Counted from the first letter of the stretch, positions 1 to 10,748 are shown. The stretch: DNA of 64,000 nucleotides from an uncultured Candidatus Rokubacteria bacterium (GCA_963708025.1 CAVPSB010000034.1:166440-230439), one strand, 5' to 3'. Numbers and translations are program-made. The notes: generated by a model from the letters alone, not told the origin.

Positions 1-722
1 CCGGGCTCCACGCGGGTCAGGTACTCGGCCGGGCGCTCGTCGCCGAGAAAGTCCCGGCCGTTGACGGTCGCCCACAGCTCGTCGGTCCCGGGCCGGAACG
101 CGAGGCCCACCGCGTTGCGCAGGCCGCTCGCGACACGGACCTCGCCTGCGCCGTCCGCCTCGTACCGGGTGATGGCGGCGCGACGCGGGTCCGCTTCCTC
201 GCAGTTGTTGCAGGAAGAGCCGACCGCGACGTACAGGCGCCCGTCCGGGCCGAAGGCGATGGTCCGGGTCCAGTGGCTGCCCCGGGCCGGCAGCCCGCCG
301 ACGACCACCGCCGGGGGCCCGGCGGCCCGGCGGGTGGCGGCGTCGTAGGGCAGGCGGACGACACGGCCCGTCTCCGCGACGTAGAGCGCGCCCTCCCGGA
401 AGGCGAGGCCGTGCGGCAGGCCGAGGCCCTCGACGACCGTGATCGCCCGATCGGCCCGCCCATCGCCGTCGTCGTCGGGGAGGGCCAGGACCCGGCCGGT
501 GCGGGGGACCGAGACGAGCAACGTCCCCCGGGGATCGACCGCCAGGAAGCGGGCCGGACCCAGGTCCCGGGCGAAGACGGCGATCGCGAAGCCGGGCGGG
601 AGACGCAGCGAGGCCTGGTCGGAGGGGGGGGCCGGGGTGGGGTTGAAGGCCGAGCAGGCGAGGAGGACGAGCGCGACGAGCAGGGGCGCGCCGACGTGGA
701 GGGCCGCCCGCCGTCGGGACAC
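1..722 (-). CDS. PQQ-dependent glucose/sorbosone dehydrogenase family beta-propeller (3' end outside window)
   Basis: Manual minus-strand translation (frame not in ORF track): GTG at 722, hydrophobic leader LLVALVLLAC, then LRLPPGFAIAVFA, HWTRTIAFGPDGRLYVAVGSSCNNC and GLRNAVGLAFRPGTDELWATVNGRD. Confidence 0.8.
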   Translation of the reverse strand, partial: MSRRRAALHVGAPLLVALVLLACSAFNPTPAPPSDQASLRLPPGFAIAVFARDLGPARFLAVDPRGTLLVSVPRTGRVLALPDDDGDGRADRAITVVEGLGLPHGLAFREGALYVAETGRVVRLPYDAATRRAAGPPAVVVGGLPARGSHWTRTIAFGPDGRLYVAVGSSCNNCEEADPRRAAITRYEADGAGEVRVASGLRNAVGLAFRPGTDELWATVNGRDFLGDERPAEYLTRVEP

Positions 723-726
723 GGCG

Positions 727-1491
727 TCAGGCCATGCGGCCGTCCTCGGCCACCCCGGTGATGATGTAGGTCCCGCTCCGGTCGTCGCGCTTGAGGCTGA
801 CGACCTTGTGCTTGACGGCGTCCTCGAGGAGCTTCGAGAAGGTCGAGTAGCCGTAGTACGACTCGCTGAACGCCGGGTTCTTCCGGATCATGGTCTGCTT
901 GACCATCGAGCCCCACAGCACTTCCTTGTTCTCGCGCTGGAGGGCCTGGACGGCGTCGATCAGCTGCCCGAACACCTCGGCCTTCTTCTCGGGGAGCCCC
1001 TTGAGCAGGGTGCCCTTCTTGGCCTCCCGCGTGAGGTCCTCGTAGAAGATGAACTCGTCGCAGTTCGCCACCAGGAGCTCCGACGAGGAGTTCTTCACCC
1101 CGAGCCCGATCACGTACTTGTCGTTCTCCCGCAGCTTGGAGACGAGCGGCGAGAAGTCCGAGTCGCCGGAGACGACCGCGAAGGTGTCGATGTGCTGGTT
1201 CTTCTGGGTGAGGTCCATCGCGTCGACGACCATCCGGATGTCGGCCGAGTTCTTCCCGCTGTAGCGGCTCTGCGGGATGTCGATCAGCTCGATCGCGGCC
1301 TCGTGGAAGGGCCGCTTGTACTCCGTGTAGCGGTTCCAGTCCGCGTAGGCGCGCTTGACCATGATCTTGCCCTTCTCGACCAGCCGCTCGAGCACCAGCT
1401 TGATCTCGAAGCCCTTGTACTGGGCGTCCTTGATGCCGCGGGCGATGTTCTCGAAGTCGATGAACAGCGCGAGCTTCCGTTCTTCGTTCAT
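727..1491 (-). CDS. NYN domain (LabA/DUF88) protein with C-terminal OST-HTH/LOTUS domain
   Basis: LFIDFEN, GKNSADIRMVVDA, VSGDSDF motifs; C-terminal FSESYYGYSTFSKLL. Confidence 0.9.
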   Translation of the reverse strand: MNEERKLALFIDFENIARGIKDAQYKGFEIKLVLERLVEKGKIMVKRAYADWNRYTEYKRPFHEAAIELIDIPQSRYSGKNSADIRMVVDAMDLTQKNQHIDTFAVVSGDSDFSPLVSKLRENDKYVIGLGVKNSSSELLVANCDEFIFYEDLTREAKKGTLLKGLPEKKAEVFGQLIDAVQALQRENKEVLWGSMVKQTMIRKNPAFSESYYGYSTFSKLLEDAVKHKVVSLKRDDRSGTYIITGVAEDGRMA

Positions 1492-1622
1492 GCGATGCTC
1501 CCTCTGCGGAGGCGGGTCCCCGGAGCGGGCGGGGCGGGCGAGGCCCTGGGTCGAGGTCCAGCCATGCGTCGATTCATTATACGTCCAGATCCGTCCAGAT
1601 CCCGTCTGGTAGAATCGCCCGG

Positions 1623-2216
1623 ATGACGCCGGCCGACCCGATCGCCGAGCTGGTCGCCGACCGCGAGCGTGCCCGCGCCGCGGCGGATCCCTTCACCGAC
1701 CTCTGCATCCTGGGCACGGCCGACGAGACCGGCGCCGCCGCCGTCCGGCCGATCGTCCTCCGGGACGCGGGGCCGCAGGGCGTGGGGCTCCTCCTCACCG
1801 AGCTGAGCCCGAAGTGGCCGGCCCTGGCCGCGGGCCGGGCGGAATGCCTGCTGGTCTGGCTCAGCATCCGCCGGCAGTACCGGATCCGCGGGAGGCTGGC
1901 GCCGATGCCGGAGGAGCGCATCGCGCGGTACTGGGGACAGAAGGTCCACGAGTCCCGGCTGCTCGACGTCTACTACACCCGCTACCACCCGCAGAGCACC
2001 GCTCTCCCGTCGCGCCAGGCGTTCGTCGAGGGGATCGACGCCCTCCGCCGCCAGTACCCGGCGCCCGACGACGTGCCGCGTCCCGACGCCCTCCGCGGCG
2101 TGTACCTGGTCCCGGACCGGATCGAGATCTGGCGAGGGGCGCCGGACCGGCTGCACGACCGGCGGCTGTTCCTCCCGGCCGCCGGCGGCTGGCGCGAGGA
2201 GGTCCTCGTCCCCTGA
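1623..2216 (+). CDS. Pyridoxamine 5'-phosphate oxidase-like FMN-binding protein
   Basis: RQYRIRG and PDRIEIWRGAPDRLHDR motifs typical of the PdxH family. Confidence 0.75.
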   Translation: MTPADPIAELVADRERARAAADPFTDLCILGTADETGAAAVRPIVLRDAGPQGVGLLLTELSPKWPALAAGRAECLLVWLSIRRQYRIRGRLAPMPEERIARYWGQKVHESRLLDVYYTRYHPQSTALPSRQAFVEGIDALRRQYPAPDDVPRPDALRGVYLVPDRIEIWRGAPDRLHDRRLFLPAAGGWREEVLVP

Positions 2217-2223
2217 GACGCCG

Positions 2224-3366
2224 TCAGGCGGCGGCGTCGCGGACGGCGTCGGCGAGCCGGCGGGCGGCGAGACCGCCGATCACGGCGGCGGCCAGCGTGA
2301 CCGCGAGCGCGACCAGGGTCGCCCCGGCGCCGGGCACCATCGGCTGGAAAGCCGGGCTCCGCGCCAGGAGCACGCCGCTGACGGCGAACGCCGCGACCGC
2401 GGAGGCCGCGGTGGCGAGGAGCGGGCGCCGGCGGGCGTCCGCGGCCGTCATCGCCGCCGCCGGAACGAGCGCGAGGGCCAGCGCGAGGCCGCCGGGCACC
2501 CCGGGTCCGGTCCGGTTCTTCCGGGCGATGGCGTGCGCCAGCGCGATCGGGGAGTCGGGGTCCCCGGCGATCGCCGCGTCGATCACCGACACCGGCTGGA
2601 TGAGCGCGAAGCCCGCCGCCGCGATCTCGTTGCCGGCGAGGTCGCTGAGCAGCACCACGCCCAGCACCAGCAGCGGAGCCGCCCGGAGAGCCGACAGCCG
2701 GGCGGCGCTCACCAGCGCGAGGGGCAGGAGCAGGGGAGCCAGCATCGCGTAGGCGTGGAAGCGCACCCCCCCGTGCCGGTAGGCGATCAGGAGGGCCGGC
2801 TCCAGCGTGGTGTGCAGCCCCCGGTAGAGCAGCGCGGCGCCGAGGACCAGGGCCGCCTGCCGGGCCCGGTGCCCCGGCGGGTAGACCTCCCGCGCGATCA
2901 GGAGGCAGCCGACCGAGTTGATCGCGCCGCCGAGGAAGCCCAGCAGGTGCGGCGGGCTCCAGATCGTGACGTCGAGGCCGAACAGCCGGTGCCAGAGGTC
3001 GTCGATCGGCGCCGCCGCCACCGTGACCGCCACGCCCCAGGCGGCGACCTGGAAGCCGCGCGTGCCGCGGAGACCCAGGATCCGGAGCGTCCGACCCCCC
3101 GCCGGGCCCCGCCACGTCTCCCAGGCCAGGACGCCGAAGCTCACGAGGGTGATCAGCGCCACCCCGCCGTAGGTCATGAGGTGCGGCGGGATCCAGAACG
3201 AGTCGCGCCCGATCCGGACGTGCCACTCGATGTCCCAGCGGACGCCCCAGCCGGCGACGAGCTTGGCGGCGAGCAGCGCCCACAGGGCCACGCGGCGGAC
3301 GGCGAGCCGGTCCGCGACCCCGACCAGCGGAGCCTCGACGGCTCGGGTTGCCGTCTGGACGCTCAC
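2224..3366 (-). CDS. Polytopic membrane protein with two D-x-x-W-H...P-x-H motifs
   Basis: Many hydrophobic segments; WDIEWHVRIGRDSFWIPPH and DDLWHRLFGLDVTIWSPPH; start GTG 3366 inferred. Confidence 0.75.
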   Translation of the reverse strand: MSVQTATRAVEAPLVGVADRLAVRRVALWALLAAKLVAGWGVRWDIEWHVRIGRDSFWIPPHLMTYGGVALITLVSFGVLAWETWRGPAGGRTLRILGLRGTRGFQVAAWGVAVTVAAAPIDDLWHRLFGLDVTIWSPPHLLGFLGGAINSVGCLLIAREVYPPGHRARQAALVLGAALLYRGLHTTLEPALLIAYRHGGVRFHAYAMLAPLLLPLALVSAARLSALRAAPLLVLGVVLLSDLAGNEIAAAGFALIQPVSVIDAAIAGDPDSPIALAHAIARKNRTGPGVPGGLALALALVPAAAMTAADARRRPLLATAASAVAAFAVSGVLLARSPAFQPMVPGAGATLVALAVTLAAAVIGGLAARRLADAVRDAAA

Positions 3367-3564
3367 CGTGCGATTCCGAGCCGCTCGAAGCCGTCGAAGA
3401 ACCGGGGGGCACCGGCGCGATGCCCGGGCTCGAGACCCACGGTGATCATCGGCCCTACGGTACCACACGGGCGGCACGCCGGCCTTGACAGGCGGCCTCC
3501 CGTGACCGACATTCGGGGCGCACGTCCGCACCTCACGATCACCGGAGATTCAGGAGGACACGCC

Positions 3565-4916
3565 ATGCTCCACCATCCCATCAGCCGACGGAAGATCCTC
3601 GCGGGACCCTCGGCACCACCGCGGCCCTCGCGCTTCCCCGCGCTGCCTTTCCCGCGGTGAAGAAGGGCACCAGCCTTCGCTTGTGGATCCTCAAGACCTA
3701 CGTGGAGCCGACCAACAAGGCGATCGAGGCGAGCGCGCAGCGCTGGGCCCAGAAGCACGGCGCCGCCGTCACCGTGGAGTACTTCACCTTCGAGGACATG
3801 CAGACGAAGTACGTGGCGGCCATCGAGAGCAACAGCACACCCGACGTGGGACAGCTCGAGACGGGCGCCCCCGCCCGCTTCGCCGGCATGGGCCAGCTCC
3901 TCGACCTCACCACGTTCTACCGTCAGATCGAGGGCCAGGTGGGCAAGGCTCCCGCCAACGTGGCGCCGGTGACCATGGTGGGCGACAAGGTCTACGCGAT
4001 CCCGTGGTACGTCATGGCCGCGTTCTGGTACGCGTGGCGCGACGTCTTCGAGAAGGCCAAGGTCAAGCTCCCCACCACCTTCGCGGAGGCCAAGGAGGCC
4101 GCGCAGGCGCTCACCCGGCCCAAGGACAACTTCTACGGCATGGGGCAGAGCTGGAACCGCACCTCCGACGGCTACGGCGTCATGCAGAGCCTGATGTACT
4201 CCTACGGCGTGGGCTGGGCGGGCAAGGACGGCAAGTACAAGTCCATCAAGACGCCGGCGATGCAGACGGCGATGAAGTGGGCGACCGACATCTACCGGGA
4301 CAATCTCCAGCCCGCCGACACCCTCACCTGGACCGGCTCGGGCAACAACGAGAACTTCATCGCGAAGAACATCGCCCAGACCTCCAACGGGCCCAGCATC
4401 ACCTTCGCCATGGAGAACGCCGTCGCCAAGGCCACCGATGCCAAGGACAAGAAGATGAAGGAGGAGGCTCTCGCCAATCACGTGGCCCTGCCGCATCCCG
4501 CCGGGCCGGACGGGCGGCGCATGTGGGCCATCGCGATGTCCATGGGCATCTTCAAGGGCAGCAAGGATCCGGAGGCGGCGATGAGCCTCCTCGCGCACCT
4601 GCTCTCCCCCGAGGAGACGCTCGGCGTCATGAAGGACTCCTACGGCCAGTTCGCGCCGGTGCTGGACAAGTCGCGCAACGCCGCCAAGGACTACTTCGAC
4701 AAGAACGAGAACTACCGGACCTTCGGGCGCGCCGTCGAGTGGTTCGCTCCCACCGGCTGGCCGGGGCCGGTCACGCCCGCGGCCGCCGAGGTGCAGGCGA
4801 GCAACGTGCTCACCGACGCGCCCGCCAAGGTGATCGTGGACAAGTGGTCGGTGGATCAGGCCATCGAGTGGGAAGACAAGAAGATCAAGGAGATCTACGA
4901 CACGCTGAAGGGGTGA
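3565..4916 (+). CDS. Carbohydrate-type ABC transporter substrate-binding protein with Tat signal (frameshift near 3605)
   Basis: RBS GGAGGA + ATG 3565; SRRKIL twin-arginine motif; body in ORF 3657..4916; upstream of two permeases. Confidence 0.85.
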
Positions 4917-5818
4917 GGTCGCGTCCCCGCCGGGGACTCGGGGCGCGGGGCCGGGAGACCGGCACCGCGCTCCTCTTTCTCCTCCCGCTCTTCGTCCTGG
5001 TGGTGGGGCTGATCTTCTATCCCTTCTGCCGGGCGATCTGGCTCTCCCTCACCGACAAGCTGGTGGGCTATCCCGAGCGATTCGTCGGCCTCAAGAACTA
5101 CGTCTATCTGGCGGGCGACGACGCCTTCCGGCAGGTCGTCCGCAACAGCGTGGTCTTCACGGTGGTATCGGTGGGCATGAAGGTGGTCACCGGGCTCGCC
5201 ATGGCCCTCGTTCTCAACGGAATGATCCGCGGCCGCAACTTCTTCCGCGGCCTCTTCCTCATGCCGTGGATCACCTCCACCGTCATCATCGCCCTGACCT
5301 GGCGGTGGATGTTCGACGCCTTCCCCGGGCGCGGCTTCTTCAACAGCCTCCTCCTCGACCTCGGGCTCCTCCGCCAGCCCGTCGCCTTCATGGCCACGCC
5401 GGAGGGCGCCATGGCCGCGGTGATCGTGGCCAACTGGTGGCGGGGCTTCCCCTTCTTCGGCGTGTCCTTCCTCGCCGGCATGGCGAGCATCCCGCGCGAG
5501 CTCTACGAGGCGGCCTCGGTGGACGGCGCCGCCGCGAGCCGGCGCTTCTGGCACATCACCCTGCCCGGGCTCAAGCACGTGATGATCGTGACCACGCTCC
5601 TGTCCTTCATCCTCACCATCAACGACTTCAACATCATCTACGTGATGACCCGCGGCGGGCCCGGCTCGGCCACCCAGGTCTTCGCGACCTACTCGTACCA
5701 GGTGGCGTTCAACCAGCTCCGCTGGGGGCGCGGGGTGACCATCTCGATCTTCCTGGTGCCGCTGCTCGTGGTCGGCATCATCCTCATCAGCCGCTATCTC
5801 CTGCGGGAGCGGCGATGA
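4913..5818 (+). CDS. Sugar ABC transporter permease
   Basis: GTG overlaps SBP stop; EAA motif ELYEAASVDGA; IYVMTRGGPG. Confidence 0.9.
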   Translation: MRSRPRRGLGARGRETGTALLFLLPLFVLVVGLIFYPFCRAIWLSLTDKLVGYPERFVGLKNYVYLAGDDAFRQVVRNSVVFTVVSVGMKVVTGLAMALVLNGMIRGRNFFRGLFLMPWITSTVIIALTWRWMFDAFPGRGFFNSLLLDLGLLRQPVAFMATPEGAMAAVIVANWWRGFPFFGVSFLAGMASIPRELYEAASVDGAAASRRFWHITLPGLKHVMIVTTLLSFILTINDFNIIYVMTRGGPGSATQVFATYSYQVAFNQLRWGRGVTISIFLVPLLVVGIILISRYLLRERR

Positions 5819-5825
5819 GGCCGGC

Positions 5826-6641
5826 ATGACGCGCGCGCTCAGGCTCGCCGGGCTCGTGGCCTTCCTGCTGCTGATCCTCGTCCCCTTCTGGTGGATCGCC
5901 AGCATGTCCTTCAAGACCTACGAGCAGATCCAGTTCGCCACGAGCATCTACGTGCCGAGCCCCTTCACCTGGGAGAACTACACCGGCCTCTGGACGGAGA
6001 CCCGCTTCCCCCTCTGGCTGCGCAACAGCCTGGTGACGGCGCTGGTGGTCACGCTCATCACCAGCGTGGTGGCCAGCCTGGGCGGCTACGCGGTGGCGCG
6101 GCTCCGCTTCCCCGGCCGCGAGGCGGTGGCCAGCCTCATCCTCATCCTCTACCTGATCCCGCCCGCGCTGCTCTTCATCCCCCTCTACCGCGTGCTCACC
6201 GAGCTCGGCGCGACCAACCATCTTGCCGCGCTCTTCCTCGCCTATCCCACGTTCACCGTGCCCTTCTGCACCTGGCTCCTCATCGGGTTCTTCAAGGCTC
6301 TGCCCGAGGAGCTGGAGGAGGCTGCCCTCATCGACGGGGCCGGGCGCGTCACCGCCTTCGTCCGCGTCCTCCTGCCACTGGCCGCCCCCGGGCTGGTGGC
6401 CTCGGCCATCTTCGCCTTCACGCTGTCCTGGAACGAGTTCCTGTACGCCCTCGTCTTCATCCAAGACGAGACCCTCATCACCGTCCCGGTCGGGCTCAAC
6501 CTCCTCATCTACGGGGACGTCTTCCACTGGGGCCAGCTCATGGCCGCCTCGGTGATCACTACCATCCCGGTTGTCGCACTCTACGTCTTCATACATCGCT
6601 GGATGGCGGAGGGTCTCGTGGCAGGATCGGTGAAGGGGTAG
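5826..6641 (+). CDS. Sugar ABC transporter permease
   Basis: ELEEAALIDGA, SWNEFLYA, ends GSVKG. Confidence 0.92.
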   Translation: MTRALRLAGLVAFLLLILVPFWWIASMSFKTYEQIQFATSIYVPSPFTWENYTGLWTETRFPLWLRNSLVTALVVTLITSVVASLGGYAVARLRFPGREAVASLILILYLIPPALLFIPLYRVLTELGATNHLAALFLAYPTFTVPFCTWLLIGFFKALPEELEEAALIDGAGRVTAFVRVLLPLAAPGLVASAIFAFTLSWNEFLYALVFIQDETLITVPVGLNLLIYGDVFHWGQLMAASVITTIPVVALYVFIHRWMAEGLVAGSVKG

Positions 6642-6743
6642 GAGGCCGGCTTCGTCCCAATATTCGGCCTCCTTGGGTCGGGTGCTATACTGACCCGGCC
6701 GTCGGATGACGGCGAATTGTCCAGAGTCAAGGAGCACCGTCCG

Positions 6744-7706
6744 ATGAGAGCCCCGGCCCTGGTCCTCGTCATCGCCGTCCTGCTGACGCTGCCGCTCGCC
6801 GCCGGCGGCGCCGAGCTGTACGTCACCAACACCCACTCCGGCACCATCTCCATCATCGACACCAGCCGGGACGACGTGATCGGCAGCATCCCGCTGGGCG
6901 GCGGGGTGCCCAACCGGATCGTCGCCACGCCCGACGGGCGGCAGGCCTGGGTGATCCACGACCGGTCGAAGAAGATCAGCATCGTCGACACGACGTCCCG
7001 GAAGGTGCTCCGGCAGGTGAAGATCGGCCAGTGGCCGTACAACCTCACGTTCACGCCCGACGGGCGCTACTGCTGGGTGCTGGACTGGGGCGACGTGAGC
7101 CAGCTCATCATCTACGACGTCGCCCGGGACGCGGTGGACGGCGCCATCGAGGTGAGCACGTGGCCGGCCCACGGGATCTTCTCCCGCGACGGGCGGCTCT
7201 TCTGGGTCACCAGCGAGACGGCCGGCAACGTCGCGGTCGTGGACGTGGCCCAGCGCAAGGTCCTGGAGACGCTGCCCTCGGGGGGCGACGCGATGGGGCT
7301 CGCGCAGACCGCCGACGGCCAGTACGTGTTCGTGGCGAACGGCGAGGAGAAGACGTTGTCCAAGGTGGACACCCGGACCCACCGGATCGTGGCGTCGGTT
7401 CCGCTCAAGGGAGTGGTCCACGACGTCGTGCTGACGCTGGACGGCCGGTTCCTCTACGCCACCCTCCGCAAGGCCAACGCGATCACCGTCATCCGGACCC
7501 AGGACCTCGAGGTCGTGGCGCAGATCCCGCAGCCCGGCTACCCCGACCTCGTCACCATGGCGCCGGACGGCACCAAGGCCTACGCGACGAACCGCCACGC
7601 CAACGTCGTCACGGTCATCGGGCTGGTCGATCACCGCGAGGTGAAGCGCATCCCGGTGGGGAAGGGGCCGCACGGGATGGCGTTGCTCCCCGCCCCCCGG
7701 CCGTGA
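6744..7706 (+). CDS. Secreted YVTN/YncE-type beta-propeller
   Basis: Signal peptide; LYVTN and repeated TPDG; extended -10 TGCTATACT at 6683-6691. Confidence 0.85.
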   Translation: MRAPALVLVIAVLLTLPLAAGGAELYVTNTHSGTISIIDTSRDDVIGSIPLGGGVPNRIVATPDGRQAWVIHDRSKKISIVDTTSRKVLRQVKIGQWPYNLTFTPDGRYCWVLDWGDVSQLIIYDVARDAVDGAIEVSTWPAHGIFSRDGRLFWVTSETAGNVAVVDVAQRKVLETLPSGGDAMGLAQTADGQYVFVANGEEKTLSKVDTRTHRIVASVPLKGVVHDVVLTLDGRFLYATLRKANAITVIRTQDLEVVAQIPQPGYPDLVTMAPDGTKAYATNRHANVVTVIGLVDHREVKRIPVGKGPHGMALLPAPRP

Positions 7707-8197
7707 CGCGCCTCTGGCTGGTGGCGGGCCTGGTCGTCGGGCTCGCCACGGCGCCGGCCCTCTCCCAGGATGGGCCGGGGAAGAAGATGCCGGACCGCGG
7801 CCAGCAGCACATCCAGGTCGGCACCACCATCCCCTACCAGGAGTACCCACCGACCTCGGGCTCGCACTGGCCGGTCGTCGCCCGGTGGGGCGTCTACACG
7901 GAGCCGATCCCCGACGAGGTGCTGGTCCACAACCTCGAGCACGGCGGGATCGTGCTGGTCTACAACTGCACGACCCCGTGCGCGGACGTCGTCCGCCAGA
8001 TGCCGGAAATCTACGAGTCCATGCCCAAGAGCAAGTTCGGCCACGTCAAGGTCGTGATCGCGCCGAACCCCCGGATCAAGACCCGCTTCGCCCTGCTCGC
8101 CTGGACCCGGCTGGACGAGTTCGAGCAGCTGGAGCGCGGGCGCGTCCTCCGCTTCGTCCAGGCCTGGCAGGACAAGGGCCCGGAGGACGTGCCCTAG
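7703..8197 (+). CDS. DUF3105-like secreted protein
   Basis: PPTSGSHW, VHNLEHGGI, ALLAW, GPE motifs; GTG overlaps upstream stop. Confidence 0.8.
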   Translation: MTRLWLVAGLVVGLATAPALSQDGPGKKMPDRGQQHIQVGTTIPYQEYPPTSGSHWPVVARWGVYTEPIPDEVLVHNLEHGGIVLVYNCTTPCADVVRQMPEIYESMPKSKFGHVKVVIAPNPRIKTRFALLAWTRLDEFEQLERGRVLRFVQAWQDKGPEDVP

Positions 8198-8347
8198 ATC
8201 ACCTGGCTTCATCGGCGCGGACCAGGTGGTCGATCCCGGCCCGCAACAGCGGGCGACCGGAGCACCGGACGACGAGAGCCGGGGTCTCGCCACCGAGACA
8301 ACAGAGCGGGTCGTAGACCCAGCCGCGGCTGGCGACCGACGAAACCG

Positions 8348-9403
8348 CTAGGGCGTCCCCATGGTCTTCGAGTGCTGCATCAGCAGCGAGTAGGGCGGCG
8401 CCAGATCCACGCCGTCCGGGTTGTTGAGCAGGCCGGGCTCCCGCCCCTTCTGGCCCGTCTTGCCGTACTGCCACACGATGCGGTTCGTCTGCGGGTCCAC
8501 GACGATCACCCGGTGGTTGTGGTCGTCGTTTGCGAGGACCATCCCGTTGGGCAGCACGACGGCCAGCGAGGGATGGTCGAGAGCGTCCTTGCCGGTGGGC
8601 TTGAAGCGCCAGCGCACCTTGCCGTCGCCGTCGAACATCACGAGCTGACCCGGCTTGGAGTAGTCGGCGGTGACGAAGCGCCCGTCGGCGAACTCGTTGG
8701 AGTCGGATGGGTAACGGACCTCGGGCACCCGGAAGCTCCGAATCACGGTTCCCGTCTTGAGGTCGAACTCGCTGTGCCACGCCCCCTGGATCTCGGTGAC
8801 GAGGTAGTGGCCGTTGCGCATCGGGAAGGCGCCGTTGGGGCTGCCGAAGATGCGCGGCGGATCGTGCTTGCAGCCACCGGCCGGGCGCCGGGCCGCCCCG
8901 TAGAGCCGCTCGGGCGTCTGGGCTCCCCGGGCGACTAGGACGAGGCGGCAGTTCTTGATGTCGGCGACGAGCACGTGCCCGTCGGGGAGCACGATGGCGT
9001 CGTCGGGGTTCCAGAGCTGGTTCGGCCCGTGCCCGTGGACGCCCGGGGTGCCGTACTTCCAGACGATCCGGCGACTGCCAACGTCCACCAGCGAGACGGC
9101 GAAGTTCTCTTCGTGCGTGACGATGATCTGCTTGCCGTCGGGGGTATAGAAGGCGTCATCCGGCACCTTGAAGGTCTCGCCCGGACCCAGGTCGCCGGGT
9201 TCGGGAAACGTCCAGATCACGCGGCCCTGAGCATCGACGAGGACGATCCGGTCGTTGTCCTCGTCGGCGATCAACACGGGGCCGGGTAGCGCCGACGGAT
9301 CCGAGCCCGGCTGCAGGTGCCCCTCCTGCTGAGACGAGGCCGTGGAGACGCCCAGGAGAAGCCCCGCCACCACAACGACCGCGTAGCTCGCCGCCCGCCT
9401 CAT
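8348..9403 (-). CDS. Secreted beta-propeller protein (NHL/PQQ-like repeats)
   Basis: Signal peptide; repeated IVWxYG, PDDA and LPxG..L..D units. Confidence 0.7.
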   Translation of the reverse strand: MRRAASYAVVVVAGLLLGVSTASSQQEGHLQPGSDPSALPGPVLIADEDNDRIVLVDAQGRVIWTFPEPGDLGPGETFKVPDDAFYTPDGKQIIVTHEENFAVSLVDVGSRRIVWKYGTPGVHGHGPNQLWNPDDAIVLPDGHVLVADIKNCRLVLVARGAQTPERLYGAARRPAGGCKHDPPRIFGSPNGAFPMRNGHYLVTEIQGAWHSEFDLKTGTVIRSFRVPEVRYPSDSNEFADGRFVTADYSKPGQLVMFDGDGKVRWRFKPTGKDALDHPSLAVVLPNGMVLANDDHNHRVIVVDPQTNRIVWQYGKTGQKGREPGLLNNPDGVDLAPPYSLLMQHSKTMGTP

Positions 9404-9509
9404 CGTCTCTCCCGCATGTCGGTCATGTGAACACGAATCTCGACCATCCTAGTGGGCGTGCCCGCCAGCTCCAATAGGTCAAATGCCTCGCCCGGACGAG
9501 CCGAATGCC

Positions 9510-10748
9510 TCAGACACTCGGGCCTCGATCGGTGGGACCTCGATTCCCGCGCTTCGGACCGATGGCGCCGCCGGAGCGCAGCGCGGCGATGGCCTCGGCG
9601 TCCAGCCCCAGGAGCCCGCGCAGCACCGCGTCGGTGTGCTCGCCGAGCATCGGCGCCGGCGTGCGCACGGAGCCCGGGGTCTCCGAGAGCCTCACGGGCA
9701 CGCCCACCATCCGCACCTTGCCGGCGCGGGGGTGATCCACGTCCACCAGCGCCCGGCGAGCGGCCACCTGGGGGTGCTCGACCACCTGGGCGATGCTGTT
9801 GATCGCGCCCACGGGAATGCCTCGGGCGAGGAGGAGCGGCTCCCAGTCCTCGTAGGTGCGCGTCAGGAACACCTCCCGGAGCGTCGGGATGAGCGTGTCG
9901 CGGTTCCGCACGCGATCGGCATTGGTGCGATAGCGGGGATCGTCGGCCATCTCCGGCCGGCCGATCGCGGGGCAGAACACCTTCCAGAGCTTCTCGCTGC
10001 CCACCGCCAGGGCCAGGTCGCGCGTCCTGGTGCGGAAGGTCTGGTAGGGGAGCAGGGCCTTGTACGCGGTGCCCATCGGCCGGGGCAGCTCGCCGTCGGC
10101 GAAGTAGCCGCCGATCGTGCTCCCGAGCAAGGAGAGCTGGCCCTCCAGCATGGAGACGTCGAGGGCCTGGCCGCGACCGGTTCGCTCCTTGACGCGGAGC
10201 GCGAGCATGATACCGAACGCCGCGTACATCCCGGCGGTCATGTCGGCGATCGAGACGCCGCAGCGCACCCCACGCTCACCCGGCTCGCCGGTGGTGCTGA
10301 TCATCCCGCTCTCGCCCTGCAGGATCAGGTCGAGCGCGGCGCGATCGCGATAGGGGCCGTCCTGGCCGAAGCCGGAGACGGAGCAATAGATGATGCCGAG
10401 GTTCCGCTCGCGGGCCGCCTCGTAGCCCAGGCCGAGCCGGGCGAGGACGCCCACCCGGTAGTTCTCCAGCACCACGTCGCACTTCTCGACCAGCCGGAAG
10501 AACAGCGCCTGGCCTTCGGGATGCTTGAGGTCAACCTCGATCCCCTTCTTGTTGCGGTGCAAACTCACGAAGTACGAGGTCTCTCCGCCCGGCAGGGGCA
10601 CCCCCCAGGCGCGGGCGATGTCGCCCGCGCCGGGGGGCTCGAGCTTGATGACCTCGGCGCCGAAGTCGGCGAGCATGGTGGAGCAGAACGGCCCCGCCAG
10701 GGCGTGGCTTAGGTCGAGGACCTTCACGTCTTCGAGCGGCATCCGCAT
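9510..10748 (-). CDS. CaiB/BaiF family CoA transferase
   Basis: VLDLSHALAGP, ADFGAEVIKLE, RNKK, ENYR, SGFGQDGP, APMLGEHT. Confidence 0.93.
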   Translation of the reverse strand: MRMPLEDVKVLDLSHALAGPFCSTMLADFGAEVIKLEPPGAGDIARAWGVPLPGGETSYFVSLHRNKKGIEVDLKHPEGQALFFRLVEKCDVVLENYRVGVLARLGLGYEAARERNLGIIYCSVSGFGQDGPYRDRAALDLILQGESGMISTTGEPGERGVRCGVSIADMTAGMYAAFGIMLALRVKERTGRGQALDVSMLEGQLSLLGSTIGGYFADGELPRPMGTAYKALLPYQTFRTRTRDLALAVGSEKLWKVFCPAIGRPEMADDPRYRTNADRVRNRDTLIPTLREVFLTRTYEDWEPLLLARGIPVGAINSIAQVVEHPQVAARRALVDVDHPRAGKVRMVGVPVRLSETPGSVRTPAPMLGEHTDAVLRGLLGLDAEAIAALRSGGAIGPKRGNRGPTDRGPSV

